Shown: positions 1-14,550 of the stretch, piece by piece
Layout: every line of letters begins with the position of its first letter
Numbering within the stretch: the first letter of the stretch is position 1
Source of the DNA: the human T2T-CHM13v2.0 reference genome, Homo sapiens
Direction: 5' to 3' (one strand)
Length of the DNA stretch: 64,000 nucleotides
Assembly: GCF_009914755.1 (NCBI RefSeq)
Contig: NC_060929.1
Position numbers and translations under genes: made by a program
Notes under the pieces: generated by a model
Seen by the model: only the letters and a program-made list of their open reading frames with translations
Databases searched by the model: none
Told to the model about the DNA's origin: nothing

Positions 1-483
1 ACAACTCAGCTGCCATCTGGCCTCTCTGAGGACTCTGGGTACCTTAAAGACTATAAAACAAAACAAAACAAAAACATCAAACCAATGAAATAAAATAAAT
101 CATGTCTCCTGCTAGAATAGTATTGGATACCTGACTAAATTACACAAAATAGACCATAATAGGATAGCACTGTGAATACATCCTTCCCGATCACTGAGTC
201 ACAGTGACCCTTGGCTGCTGCAGTTCTCGTCTGCAAGGTTGAAGCTTGACGTGTGATGAACATGGGTGGGCTCTTGGTCCACCCCAGGCTGGGGCCTGCG
301 CCAAGCATGAACTAGCTGGGACCAGTGGCTGACAGAACACAGGACTTCCCTAAGTACCCGTAGGTCCGTGGAGCAAGACAGAGCAGAGTTGCCATGTCAA
401 CACATGGGGAATGATATGATAGAAACAATCTTTATGACTAAAAGAAACTCATCTTCTTCATTAAAAAAACTTTGGTGTCCTTA
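1..483 (+). other. TMEM174: Distal 3' UTR of an upstream gene, tentatively TMEM174
   Basis: Seen: unique non-coding sequence ending in ATTAAA (460-465) followed by a GU/U-rich tract. Gene identity is inferred only from recalled genome layout (gene end followed ~55-59 kb later by paired orphan CpG islands on 5q13.2). No coding sequence is in the window to confirm it. Confidence 0.5.
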
Positions 484-505
484 ATCTCTCTGAATTTGGC
501 TGTGT
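460..505 (+). terminator. Polyadenylation signal ATTAAA with downstream GU/U-rich element
   Basis: ATTAAA at 460-465, probable cleavage at ~480-485, then TCTCTCTGAATTTGGCTGTGT. Other AATAAA hexamers lie at ~89-99 and ~506-511. Confidence 0.55.
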
Positions 506-1419
506 AATAAACAACTGGAACTGACTCACAGACTTTAGAAGAGACAGTTTAAAACCATTAGGTTTTAAAAGAAAATATTTGCTTTGGGCTTCAAAGGCAA
601 TGCCACTCAAGGTAAGGGTGGTACATCCTAAAGGAAGACACAGGATTAAGCAATTCTTAAAAAAATTTTGACATAGCGTTTGTATATGGAGCAACTTTTA
701 CTAATTTTGATCAGAAGTATCTAGGTTTCCAAGGATATGAGTGAAGTAAGCTTGGTATATTATTGTTGTCATTTATGTTATATCTTGGGGACAAAACCTT
801 TTCACATACACTGTCATGTTTGATGATAGGTGATAAGTGAAAATGATTTCATTTAAAGAAACTAGCTTTATGTTCAGCAGATCCCTGAGACACTGGTCCC
901 TAGCTGAGGGCCATTGGTTTTGGAGAAGAAGTTTGGTGACAAGGACCAGGCTGAGCATCACCAGTGGCATGCTGACCAGCAGATGACATTTTGGGCCCCT
1001 CATGCCACCCTTGCCTTGAGTGCTTCTCTGACTGTCTCTCCCCAGCCCCCTGCCATTTTCACCCACCCCATAATTTTATGTTCATAAATTTGGGCTACAA
1101 TGAACATCAAAAGTAGCTCAAAAAAGAAAATGTTATTAGGAAAAGGGCATCCCCACATACAGCTGGGTAGGGCAGAGCAGCCAGTTTGTCTTGGAGATGC
1201 CTAGAGTCAGATATGCAGGGAGGTGGCCTGGAGGGTTGGGATGGTTATTTTCTGGCACCAACAATTCCTGTTCCAAGACAGAGGGAAAAGTGCTAATGTA
1301 GAGGTCATTTATGCTTCCAAAGAGAGTGCTTCAGGGCTAATGGCTTCAAGAGCTCGAGGTAGGAGTAGGATCTGCAGCAGTCAGGGATCAGAAAACAGGA
1401 ATTTGTTCATTAGTGCAAT

Positions 1420-1560
1420 ATTTATTTATTGAGCATCTACTCTGTGTCGGTCTGGGTCCATCAGGTGGAAATATAACTTAAAAATGTCACCAAGAAGAGA
1501 GCATACATGGTTCTGCCCTTGCAGAGCCTCTAGTCTAGTAGTCTAGTGGGGGAGAAAGAT
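1420..1560 (-). mobile_element. L2 LINE 3' fragment
   Basis: ATTTATTGAGCATCTACTCTGTG...CTGCCCTTGCAGAGCC..TAGTCTAGTGGGGGAG resembles the L2 3' end. Confidence 0.55.
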
Positions 1561-2635
1561 ACGGATTCATTATCTGTATTAATCATCTATTAATTATTCT
1601 CTGACACCACTGAGAAGTCCTGTAGCCCTAAGAGGGATTTGGACTCATTAAAGGGTCATGAGGCTTGCTTCGGAAGTGAGGTCAGGGTCATTGCCTTGCA
1701 TAATCCCAGAAAGCACTGTTCACAGGGTGTCTGTGGACCTGTGGAGACTGTGCTAGGAGCTAAAGGAACAGTGGCTGTCTCCTAGACAAAGAGGAGAGGG
1801 CAGGAGGGAGGGGCCTGGCAGAGCCCCATGTGGGAGGCAGTGTTATGAGGCATTCAGCAGGTTGTGTAAACCTTTTTATTTTTCTGCTGCTGCAACCCTC
1901 AAACAGAGGTGCCTTCCAGTAACCAAGAAATTACACCCACCGATTTTCTTGCTTTGAGACAACCACTCATGCTCTCTATTTCTTTATTTGGGAATTTCAG
2001 GGGCCAATCTGATGGGAAGCCCACTGAGTGGCTCCTAAACTCTGACTTCCAACCAGGTCCTTGCTACGTCTCTGACCAGCAGGACACATTCTCGACAGAG
2101 TTTCTGTTTTGTTGTCCAGATATTTGCCTTTTATCATTCTTTCACTCAGTATCTCATCAGGGATGAACCATGGGAAACTATGATCTGGGGCACTGATTGG
2201 AGTCCAGCTCCTGGCTATGCTCTTCTCCCTTAGATTATCAGTGGAGGAAGCAGCCCTGGCTCAAGGCGGGTACCTGAAGGTTTGGTGTCCAGCCAGAACC
2301 CACAGGGCCTGGTCAACCTTGTCAGTCTTGTCAAACATTTTAGGCTTTGTTTAAAGAGCAGTTGGGAAGCCATGGAAGTGTTTTTCTGAAGAGGGAGCTG
2401 CGATCACATTTTGCACATTGACTGGTTAGGGCAAGACCCAGAGGGCATATACGGGTATAATATTCACTTTGCTGGTGACATTCAGAGCTAAGTGACCAGA
2501 ATATCGGGAGCCATTTCTCCCCTCTCCTCCATCCTCAGCCTGGAGAGGGGCCATGTGGTGGGCATGCTCTGTGGATCTACACAGAATTAAAAATAAAGTT
2601 AAAAGGTCTTGTTGATTACAGGAAACGAGTTTCTT

Positions 2636-2947
<312 letters not shown>

Positions 2948-3450
2948 ACGAGTTTCTTAAGAACTTGTTATCTCCTGGGAGCAATTTGGGCTGGGTTTTT
3001 TGCCTACAGTGACTGATAACAGCTGATGGTTTTGATGGAGAGGAAAGGGATCATCCAGGTTTGAGAAACAAGGCTCAGACACCAAGGGGAAGAAGCTTTC
3101 ACAAAGCTCTCAGGACTTTTCTTTCTCCTTTTTGGGCCACTGGAGGGCAAATCTCTTGTGCAAGGAGGCTCTGTTTTCACTGCCCTCTGGGAAGTGCCTT
3201 CTAGAGGTGGAGGGCTTTCCAGAGATCCCAGTCACATTCCCTTCTGCTCTGCAGGCCAGGCACTGGTGTAAGTTTCAAATTCACCACATGGCTGTCTGCT
3301 ACAAAACCAGCCCTTTGACTGCTCTCCTCACTTTTTCTTTTTTAGGTACAGCATAAAAATAAAGCCTCCTTTTTTTTCTGGAGAGCTGGCCTTGAGTCTC
3401 TGTTTTCAGCTTCAGACCTCTGGGGCTTCTCCGGTCCTGTTAGATGACTA

Positions 3451-3625
3451 ACAGTGAAAATCTGTTGTTTAGCGTAGCCACCTCCATCAATGATCTTAGC
3501 CAGATCTTCTGAATAACTTGCTGCAGCTTCTAAATCAGCACTTGCTGCTTCGCTTTGCACTTTTATGTTATGGAGATGGCTTCTTTCCTTAAACCTCATG
3601 AAGCAACCTCTGCTAGCTTCCAACT
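3451..3625 (-). repeat. Inverted 175-bp copy of the internal part of the neighbouring Tigger1 (source 4836-5010)
   Basis: Reverse complement matches 4836-5010 with 2 visible mismatches. The ORF track shows the same peptide on opposite strands (3342..3623 - and 4718..5029 +). Confidence 0.95.
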
Positions 3626-4459
3626 AGCTGTTGATGACTGTTAGATCAGTGGAGTAGATTGCACCGAAGCTGAATACTGCTGGGTGGCCGTTCCCCTAAA
3701 CAGAAGCTCTTCACAGTAACCAACGGGTAGACACCTTCTTACTTACCTAGAGGAGAGAGGCTCCAGCACACAACACAGAGGCTGATGTGGTCTAGATATC
3801 AGTAGTGTCCCCACCCGTCACAACCTGCACTGTTTGGAGTGACTGCAGCTCACACCACTCAGCATTTACTGAAATGTCTCACTCAGAGCCCTTTACGCAA
3901 CCAATGCTTGGTTTCTGTTGAATAATAAATGTGATATGAATACATGAAAAAATGTTCAAATACATAATGAGTAACCATTCTAGCTTGTTAGCTGTTTTTG
4001 TTGTTTTTCACATTGCAAAAAATTTCAAACAAATACAAGCGTACATAAAAGAGTACAGGAAGACCTCATTTTATTGGACTTTGCAGATTTTTTTTTTTTA
4101 ACAAATGGAAGGTTTGTGGCAATCCCATGTGGAGCAAGTCTCAGTGCCATTTTTCTAACAGCGTGTGCTCACTTTGTGTGTCTACATCACATTTTAGTAA
4201 TTATTGCAATATTCCAGACTTTTTCATTGTTATTATATCAGTTATGGTGATCTGCAATCAGTGATCTTTAATGTTACTGTTGTAAATGTTTTGGGGCACC
4301 ATCAACCTTGCTCATATAAGATGATGAACTTACTTGATAAATGTGTGCACTCTGACTGCTCCACCCACTGGCCATTCTCCCGACTCTCTCCCTCTCCTTG
4401 GGCCTTCCTATTCCTTGAGACACAACAATATTGAAATTAAGCCAACTAATAACCCTACA

Positions 4460-5829
4460 ATGGCCTCTAAGTGTTCAAGTATAAGGAAGAGTCGCATGTC
4501 TCTCACTCAAAATCAAAAGCTCACTTGAAATTAAGCTTAGTGAGGAAGGTGTGTTGAAAGCCCAGACTGGCTGAAAGCTAGGTTTCTTGTACCAAATAAT
4601 TAGCCAGTTGTGAATGCAAAAGAAATGTTCATGAAGGAAATTAAAAGTGCTACTTCAGTGGATACACGAATAATAAGAAATTGAAACAGCCTTATTAGTG
4701 ATGTGGAGAAAGTTTGAGTGGTCTGGATAGAAACCAGCTACAACATTCTCTTAAGCCAAAGCCTAATCCAGAGCAAGGCCCAAATTCTCTTCAATTCTAT
4801 GAAGGCTGAGAGAAGTAAGGAAGCTGCAGAAGAAAAGTTGGAAGCTAGCAGAGGTTGCTTCATGAGGTTTAAGGAAAGAAGCCATCTCCATAACATAAAA
4901 GTGCAAAGCGAAGCAGCAAGTGCTGATTTAGAAGCTGCAGTAAGTTATTCAGAAGATCTGGCTAAGATCATTGATGGAGGTGGCTACACTAAACAACAGA
5001 TTTTCACTGTAGATAAAACAGCCCTCTAGATGGAAGACCATCTAATTCTTTCACAGCTAGAGAGGAGAAGTCAGTGCCTGGCTTCAAAGCTTCAAAGGAA
5101 GGGCTGACTTTCTTGACTTAGGGGCTAAAGCAGCTGGTGGCTTGAAGCTGAAGCCAATGCTCATTGACCATTCCAAAATCCCAAGGCCCTTAAGAATAAT
5201 GCTAAATCTACTCTGCCTGTGCTCTAGAAATGAAACAACAAAGCCTGCATGAGAGCACATCTATTTATAGCATGGTTTCCTGATTATTCTAAGTTCACCG
5301 TTGACACCTGCTGCTCAGAAGGATCCCATTAAAAATATTACTGCTCATCGACCCAAGAGTTCTGAGGGAGATGTACAAGCAAATTAATGTTGTTTTCATG
5401 CTCACTAAGATAACGTTCACTCTGCAACCCATGGATAAAGGAATGATTTCTATTTTTAAGTCTTATTACTTAGGAAATGGATTTTGTAAGACTATAGCTG
5501 CCATAAATAGTGATTGCTCTGATGGATCTGGGAAAAGTAAATTGAAAACCTTCTGGAAAGGATTTATCATTCTAGATACCATTAAGAACATTTGTGATTC
5601 GTAGGAGGAAGTAAAAATGGCAACATTAACAGGTGTTTGGAAGAAGTTGATTCCAGTCCTCTTGGATGACTTTGAGAGGCTCAAGACTTCAGTGGAGGAA
5701 GTAACTGCAGACATGAAGGGAACAGCAAGAGAACTAGATTTAGAAGTGGAGCCTGAAGATGTGATTGAATTGCTCCAATCTCATGATCAAACTGGAATGA
5801 ATGAGAAGTTGCTTCTTATGAATGAGTAA
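4460..5829 (+). pseudogene. Disrupted Tigger1 transposase ORF (CENP-B-type HTH plus DDE_1)
   Basis: MASKCSS...[24 protein letters not shown]...LQPMDKG...EVEPEDVIELLQSHD, split by several stops and frameshifts. Confidence 0.88.
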
Positions 5830-6309
5830 ACAAAATTGTTCCATGAGATGGAAACTACTCCTGATTAAGATGCTGTGAACATCGTTGTGATAACAACAAA
5901 GAATTGAGAATATTTCATAAACTTAGTTGATAAGGCAGCAGCAGGGTTTTAGAGGATTGACTCCAATTTTGAAAGTTGACTTCTGCTGTGGGAAAAATGC
6001 TATCAAACATCATCTCATGCTACAGAGAAATCTTTCATGAAAGGAAGAGTTCAACCATGCAGCAAACCTCACTGTTGTCTTACTAAGAAATGACTACAGC
6101 CACCTTAACCTTCAGCAAACACCATACTGATTAGTCAGCAGGCATCAACATCCAGGCAAGACCCTCCACCAGCAAAAAGATTATGACTTGCTGAAGGCTC
6201 AGATGATCACTAGCATTTTTAAGCAATAAGCAACAAAGTATTTTATAATTAAGGTATGTACACTGTTTTTTAGACATAATGCTACTGCACCCTTAACAGA
6301 CAAGTATAG

Positions 6310-6633
<324 letters not shown>

Positions 6634-6729
6634 TGAAACAAAAAAAATTGTGTGACTCACTTTATTGCATTATTTGCTTTCTTGCAGTGGTCTGAAACCG
6701 AGCCCACAATGTCTCTAAGTATGCCTATA

Positions 6730-7080
6730 TATGAAACCCCATGTATCTTTCATCCAGCTTCAGTGATTATCTACTCATGGCCAATCTTGTTTAATTTATA
6801 CCCCCCACTCACAATTCCCCCAGTTGGATTTTTTAAAAGCAAATTCAAGCCATCAAATAATTTCAGTCTAAAATATTTTGTTGTGTATCTTTAAAAGATA
6901 AAGACTTGAAAGAATTAGAACACCATTATTATAACTTAAAAATTTACAATTATTTTTGAATGTCATCAAATACCTAATCAGTGTTCAAATTTCCCCAATT
7001 TTCCCCCATCTCACTCTCTCTTATTTTTTCTTCTTTGTTTGGTTTGAATCAGAATCCAAATAAGAATTACATTTTGCCAA
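6730..7080 (-). mobile_element. Old L1M 3' fragment (continues at ~3990-4053 across Tigger1)
   Basis: AT-rich L1M 3'-end-like sequence (AACCCCATGTA..CCAGCTTCA..CATGGCCAATCTTGTTT). Confidence 0.55.
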
Positions 7081-9816
7081 TTGCATCTTAAATTTCTAGC
7101 TGTTTCATACTATATTTTGAGAGGCAGATGGTTGGCAAACTATTCATGGTAGCAGATTCATAATTATTAAATTTTACTTTCCAAACAAATATGTTTTACA
7201 AGATTTTTCTCCTTCTCTATTAGTTCCCTGAAGCCCTACTACTTCCCTGGAATTAAAAACTTATATTTTTCCCACTTTTAGAATACTATTAGGGATTTTT
7301 CTAAAACCAGACTTAGAAAAAAGGAGAGAGAGATCTTCAAATGACTGTTTAGTTGAGAATTATCTGTTGCAGAATAATTTCAAGAGTATCAGGAAACCTT
7401 GGCAATCTTCAACATTTTTGGCTTGGTCAGTAAAGCTTTTTAGAAAAAAAATTATTGTTTTCCTTCAGAGATCATAAAAACCCCTTTGAACATCTCAAAA
7501 GCACGAACCAGTCTCCTCTTTCAGAAACACAAGAGCAAAGCCTCTTGCTTTACATTAAAATATTACCTGATATAATTTACCTCTCAGATGTTATTGACTG
7601 TGGGCCTCTTATCAATGAGCTCTCCATTTTTTGAATTAAAAATGAATATATTTTCTGGACATACCTACAGCTCTTCCTCTGAAAGTGGATATGAATAAGT
7701 GTATGTGTGTATATTCACCTACACCCTTATTATGGAATGTGATTTATGAATTTCTTGCCCACTTACTGCTTGTAAATCATCAAGAGTTTTATGTCCCAAG
7801 CAGTCAGCAGTGGTTATAAAATCAACAGAGGGATGTACTAAATAAACCTTTACTGGATTGCTCCTAAGGAATTGATGACAAGTCAGAAAGTGCAGACAGC
7901 TCCACTGGAATGATTCTCACCTGCCTTTGGGAAAGCACAAAGGTCTCAGATAGGGAAATTTTTTTGTCTTGAGCTTTTAAGATTAATTACCAGATGTTCT
8001 GGTAAGGAAATTAGTTTTCTAGGTTCCAGAAGTTTTCTATAACAAAAAAATTTGCCCTCTATCACAAAGCCTACACATGTGTAAATCATAGATGCAAACA
8101 AATATGTGCTCTGGAATTTGTGCTTATATACAAGGTATGAGAAGATAGAGATTTTCCTTTTCCAACCCTGCAATTCACTAGTTTAAAAGAACTAATTCAA
8201 AAGGGATATAGATACATATACACACATATGTATACATATAATATATATACAACTATATGTGTGTGTGTATATACTCATTTTTTTCAAATATATGAAATAT
8301 CTCTTGAAGAATACATAAGAACTAGTGATAATTATTTCTGGAGTGGAGGATGGGAGACTCATTTTTCACTTTACTTGATGGCGATTAATGATTTTTTTAA
8401 ACCATGTTCATATATTAACTGTTGATAAAATTATTTTTGGAATAAAGAAGGAAAAGAAGGAAATGATCTGTCTCTGTGTACTTCTGTTAATCTCATCTTC
8501 TTCAGTCCTGGCGTTTTCATTGCATCATCATGCCGCTGCTTACATATGTCATAGGTAAACATGCAAGACACATAGATACAAATGTGACATGTATGCATAC
8601 ATCTACGTGGACACAAATGCATTGTAATATGAATAACACTTTTACATGGACACATATACACAAAGCCTCTTGGGAGGGAGCAGAGGTTCATGTACATGAA
8701 CGGTATTTCACATATATATACGTTGTTGCTAAAGTCCTCTGCTAGCTAATGGCAGTGTCACAGCAGCACACACAGAATATCAGATCAGATTACCCCACGA
8801 GTCTTTCTTTCTTTGATAGATTTCCCAACCCAGCCCTCGCTACCACACCTAGAAAAACTGTTCACTCCTGGCAGACGGTAATTCATTTACGGGGAGCCAC
8901 CACCTTTGTACCCTGAGAGGTGAAGCTGAAAATAACCTAAGTAATCTGATTCCTCAGCAGAAGGTGGAGTGCAGGGAGGAAGTCTGCACGTCTCCCTTTC
9001 GGGGTGTGAGAGGCAGAATCAGTGGCCGCAGTGGCTGCACCTGCCCCCTGGCCCCCTGGTTCCTCTGGCTTGGACTCCTCCTCCTCTCTCTGGGGCTGGT
9101 TTGATCCCACCTCAGCCATGAGGGACACCCTGATCTCTCAACAGCCTGAACAGGACTCACGGAAGCATGCTGGGCCTTTGGAACGCTGGGACCGTGGTGA
9201 AGGCTCTTTGCCAGCCCAAGTTGCTCTCATGCTCCCTTGCAGGCTTCCCATCCCTGATTCTCTTGGGCTCTGTTGGACCCTGGCTCTTGCTCTCCTCCTT
9301 CCCGCTCTGGTTCCTCCCCAGAACTATGCATATCCTCATCATCTGGGGAGCTCTGTGGATCCCAGGTGAAGAACTCTTGTGGAAACCTCTTTTCCAAAGG
9401 GTCATGTAGTCCTGTGGCTTTATCTATCATTTGAGACTAGTGAGTCTTACATCTCCTTTTCTGTTTCCCCCAAAGTGAACTCAGAAATTAATGGGCTCAC
9501 TTTGAAGGAATGGAAAAGACTAGCCTCTCTTCCAGGCTGTTGAGGCAGAGAATTCTATTTGTATACCTAACATCTATTCCCTGACATCAGCAGTTACCAA
9601 AGTGTGGTCCATAAGTCCCTGGGACTCCCTGAGACCTTTGTTTGTTTGCTTTTGGCAGAGGGGTTTGGGGTGCATGTTATGCAAGGTCAAAACAAATTAA
9701 ATAATAATTCTAAAACATTATTTACCTTCTTGATTGAAAGGACATCTGCATTGATGGTATAAAAGCAATAGTGGCTCAAACTGCTGGTGTCTTAGCACCA
9801 ATCACAGCAATAGCAC

Positions 9817-10555
<739 letters not shown>

Positions 10556-11809
10556 AGCACCAAACTATCTAGCAATAACTGTTCTTCACCACCGTGCACT
10601 CACAGTAAAAACAACGAGGTACAATCAAAATGGCCAGTTTCACTTTTAAATTGCCCTTATTGAAGCAGTAAAAATTATTAATTTTGTTAAATCTCAACCG
10701 TTGAGTACATAGCTTTTTAACAGTCTGTGTGATGGAATGGGAGGTACACATAACATGCTTCTGCTGCCTGCATGACTATGATGGTTACTTGGAGGGAAAG
10801 CAGTTCTGTGAGTTGCAAGCTGAACTAGCCACATTTCTCATGGAATGCCATTTTTGCTTGGAGGAGTGACTGCCAGATACACCATAGTTATTCAGATGTG
10901 TGTACTTTGTAGATATTTTTTCAAAACTGAACAAAGTGAGCCTGCCACTTCAAGAGAAATATCTGACAGTATTAGTTGCCAATGATAACATTCAACCTTT
11001 CAAGTAAAAATTAGAATTTTTGAAAACTTATGTTTGTCATCATGAGCTTGACAACTTCTTGAAAGTGTTTTTTTCTTGTTAGATCAGTGGTGATATTTTA
11101 AAATGTGATTTAAAAATTATATAATGAAATGTGTCAGCATTTGAAAGGTCTGCATAATTCATTAAACAAACATTTTCCATATAACTATTATGTGATATTG
11201 CAATATCATGTGTGGTTAAAAATCCATTCACTATGCAAGATATCCCAGTGAATTTTAACATAAGAGTACAAAATATTCATTGATATGGTTTCAGATTCTA
11301 CATTGCAACTAACCTTTAAATAACTACCACATGAATTATGGTATCATACCAAAGAAAAATATCCACAATTACCTGAAAAAGTTTTAAAAACACTTTTATA
11401 TTTTTCAGTTACATATCTGCATGAGTCCAGATTTTCTCCATATAATTCAAGCAAGATGTCGTATTGTAACAGAGTCAGTGTAGAAGCAGATATAAAAGAG
11501 TCTGGCTGTCTCCTATTAAGTCAAACACTGAATAAATTTGCAAAAATGTCAAACAATATCACTCTTTTCACTTTATTTTTTTTCCTTGGAAAGCATATGT
11601 TATTTAACATGTAAAGGGCATATAAATATACTTTTTAAATGAATAAACAAATATTTTCAGATTTTTTGGCTTTAATTTCTAATATGGCAAATACTAATAG
11701 ATATTACTCACATAAATAAAAGCTCTTTGGGGTCCTCAACAATTTTTTAGGGTATAAGAGGTATCAACCTTTTTCAAGACCGAAAAGGTTGAGAACTGCA
11801 GTTCTATGT

Positions 11810-12265
11810 TATTAAGAAGTGGGGCAATGTGCCCATTTAAAAGACTACATTTTCCAGATGCCTTTGCAGCTAAATTTGGTCATGTGGTAAGTTCTGGGTA
11901 ATCATATATAAGCAGAAGTTTGTAAAAAGGACTTCCCGAAAGCCTACATGGAGAACGAATGGCTGGGAAAATTCCTTTTTTGACTTTCTGCTTTTTCTCA
12001 TTCTCAGAGAATACATTTGTATATGATTGTGGAAGCCCTAGCAGCTACCTTGAACTATGAGGTGACCTTGAGGATACAAGGTACTTGTAACCAAGATGAA
12101 AAAAAGATAAAAAAAAAAACAACGGCTGGATCCCCAATAACTATGATGTTGCCTAATTATCTACTCCAGGCTTCTTTTAAATGGGAGACAAAAAAACCTT
12201 TTACATCCTGTTTAAGCCTCTATTATTTCTATTTTTCTGTTACATGTAGCGGAACCTAATCCTAC
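11810..12265. mobile_element. Old ERVL-type LTR (LTR16/LTR33-like)
   Basis: GACTACATTTCCAGATGCCTTTGCAGCTAAATTTGGTCATGTGGTAAGTTCTGG ... CTGTTACATGTAGC resembles this family. Confidence 0.55.
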
Positions 12266-13378
12266 TCTTTCCTTTAAATGTGACAATGTGCTAAGACCAA
12301 CCACCGAGGACCTAGTTTTAGGATGTGTATTATATAATGATTTCTTCTGTATTTTTAAAATGGGGTTTTCTTTCCATGTCTTAATGTGTGATACTGAAAA
12401 AACATTATTCTTCAGGATTAGTAATAAAGGCACTCAGAAATTTGTTCAACTCTGAGCAACAAACATTTCGGGATCTCATGCTATTGGCATGCAGTGAGCC
12501 AGGCTCTGAGCACATGTGTCCTCACAGCCCTGTGGGTCATGGGGGTAAATCACCTCCCTCCAGGGCCCAGCACTGTCTTCACAGCCCTGCTGCAGGCCCC
12601 ACTATCGGGTAACACACTATTCTCAGCATGGAGAGAGAAGCATACCTCTTTGTCACTTAACTTGTGTTTCTGGGGTAGGACTTAAAATTCTCTTGAATAA
12701 ATTTGTCATCCCCACTCCTTGAACCAGAATGGCCCAAATAAACAAAGAGGCTTCCCTCTCCTGAATTTTGATGGGCTGACATGTCTAATTTCCCTGATAA
12801 GCCATGTCATTTGTTCAGTGTTCTCCCATGCTACCTTTGTCAATATAATAACCAACTGAATTTGAAAGTTGCAGAAAGTCAACAGACCTTGTCCATGGAC
12901 CCACCCTGCAACTAAAATCTTCAAAGCAAAGATAACTTTCTACAGAACATCAGATGGTCTCTTCCCTTGTGTTACACAGAATCTATTGCCATTAACTGGT
13001 GGCATCATAGGTGATGGGTAGGTAAATGAGAGATACCCAAAAGCCTTACTCACAAAAATCAGGCAGATTCTGTAAGGGGCAACATGTTTAGAGTAAGCAA
13101 ATCTCTACCATACTCCTTGGGTTCAGGATGGATTCAGGCTAGACCTAACCACGGCACAGCTTGGTGAGGCTAAAACATGATAATATATGATCAAAAACTA
13201 CAAACTCCGCAGAGCTGTATGTCAGCTATAGTTATTAACTTGTGCTCTCTTGATAGGGAAAGAAAATTCAATTAAAAGTTTAGGCTGAATTAGAATATTG
13301 GGTTTGCTACTTGTTTGCTGGGTGACTTTAGGCAAGTTGCTTAACCTTGCTGAGCACAAGAAATAATTAGGTACAGTC

Positions 13379-13479
13379 CAGGGGTATCCAACCTTTTGGT
13401 TTCCCTGGGTCACATTGAAAGAAGAAGAATTGTCTTGGGCCACACATAAAATACTCTAACACTATGATAGCTGATGAGC

Positions 13480-13514
<35 letters not shown>

Positions 13515-13613
13515 CTCATAATGTTTTAAGAAAGTTCACGAATTTGTGCTAGGCCACATTCAAAGCCATCCTGGGCCACATGCAGCCTGTGGGCCACGGG
13601 TTGGACAAGCTTG
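13379..13613 (+). mobile_element. MER30 hAT-Charlie MITE with an internal (CA)n
   Basis: CAGGGGTATCCAACCTTTTGG...GAAGAAGAATTGTCTTGGGCCACACATAAAATAC...GGTTGGACAAGCTTG. Confidence 0.85.
13482..13510. repeat. (AC)n microsatellite, ~14 units
   Basis: Read directly from the sequence. Confidence 0.95.
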
Positions 13614-13690
13614 ATGTACACCTTTTCAAATACTGATGTTCATTTTAGCAGATGGACTAACATGGGTAAAAAGGTGCTAACAGAGTTTGA

Positions 13691-14065
<375 letters not shown>

Positions 14066-14069
14066 TAGA

Positions 14070-14550
14070 TTTGTTCTCATATAACTAAAAACTCAACATA
14101 ACTTTAACTTAAAGAAGATCAGTTTACTTCTCTGTCACATAAAGGAAGTCTAGAGGTAGGTATTAAAGCACTGCTCCCTCTGTCCTCAGTGGCCTAGGCT
14201 CCTATCTTCCTCCTGTGCCATCTTCCTTCAGCATGTGGCTTTCCTCTTGAAAGTCACCTTATGGTCTAAGATGGCTGCTGAAGCTCCAGCATTATGTCCA
14301 TGCTCGAAGCAGAAGGAAAGAGAAACAGACAGGAAAAAAAGAGCATACCTCACACCTGATTCAACTCTCTTAAAGAAAGCCTTCCTGAAAGATCCATGCT
14401 GTACTTAACACTTCCACCTTCTGACCAGAATTTGGCCAGATGGCCACACTAAGCTGCGCAGGAGTCTGGGAAATGTAGTCTTCTTGGTTGCTGTTCTGTT
14501 ACAAAGGGAAAAGGGTAGAATAATTGTTAGGTAGGCAACTAGCAGCCTGT
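14070..14550 (-). mobile_element. Old MaLR LTR (MLT1J/K-like)
   Basis: AAGATGGCTGCTGAAGCTCCAGC, GGCCACACTAAGCTGC and GTCTGGGAAATGTAGTC motifs. Confidence 0.6.

Noticed and set aside
3342-3623. Second transposase gene on the minus strand
   Set aside because: Only the 175-bp inverted copy of the Tigger1 ORF running into unrelated flank, with no TIRs.
8937-9430. Cluster of GC-richer ORFs, possible exon or processed pseudogene
   Set aside because: No recognisable protein similarity, poly(A) tail or TSD.
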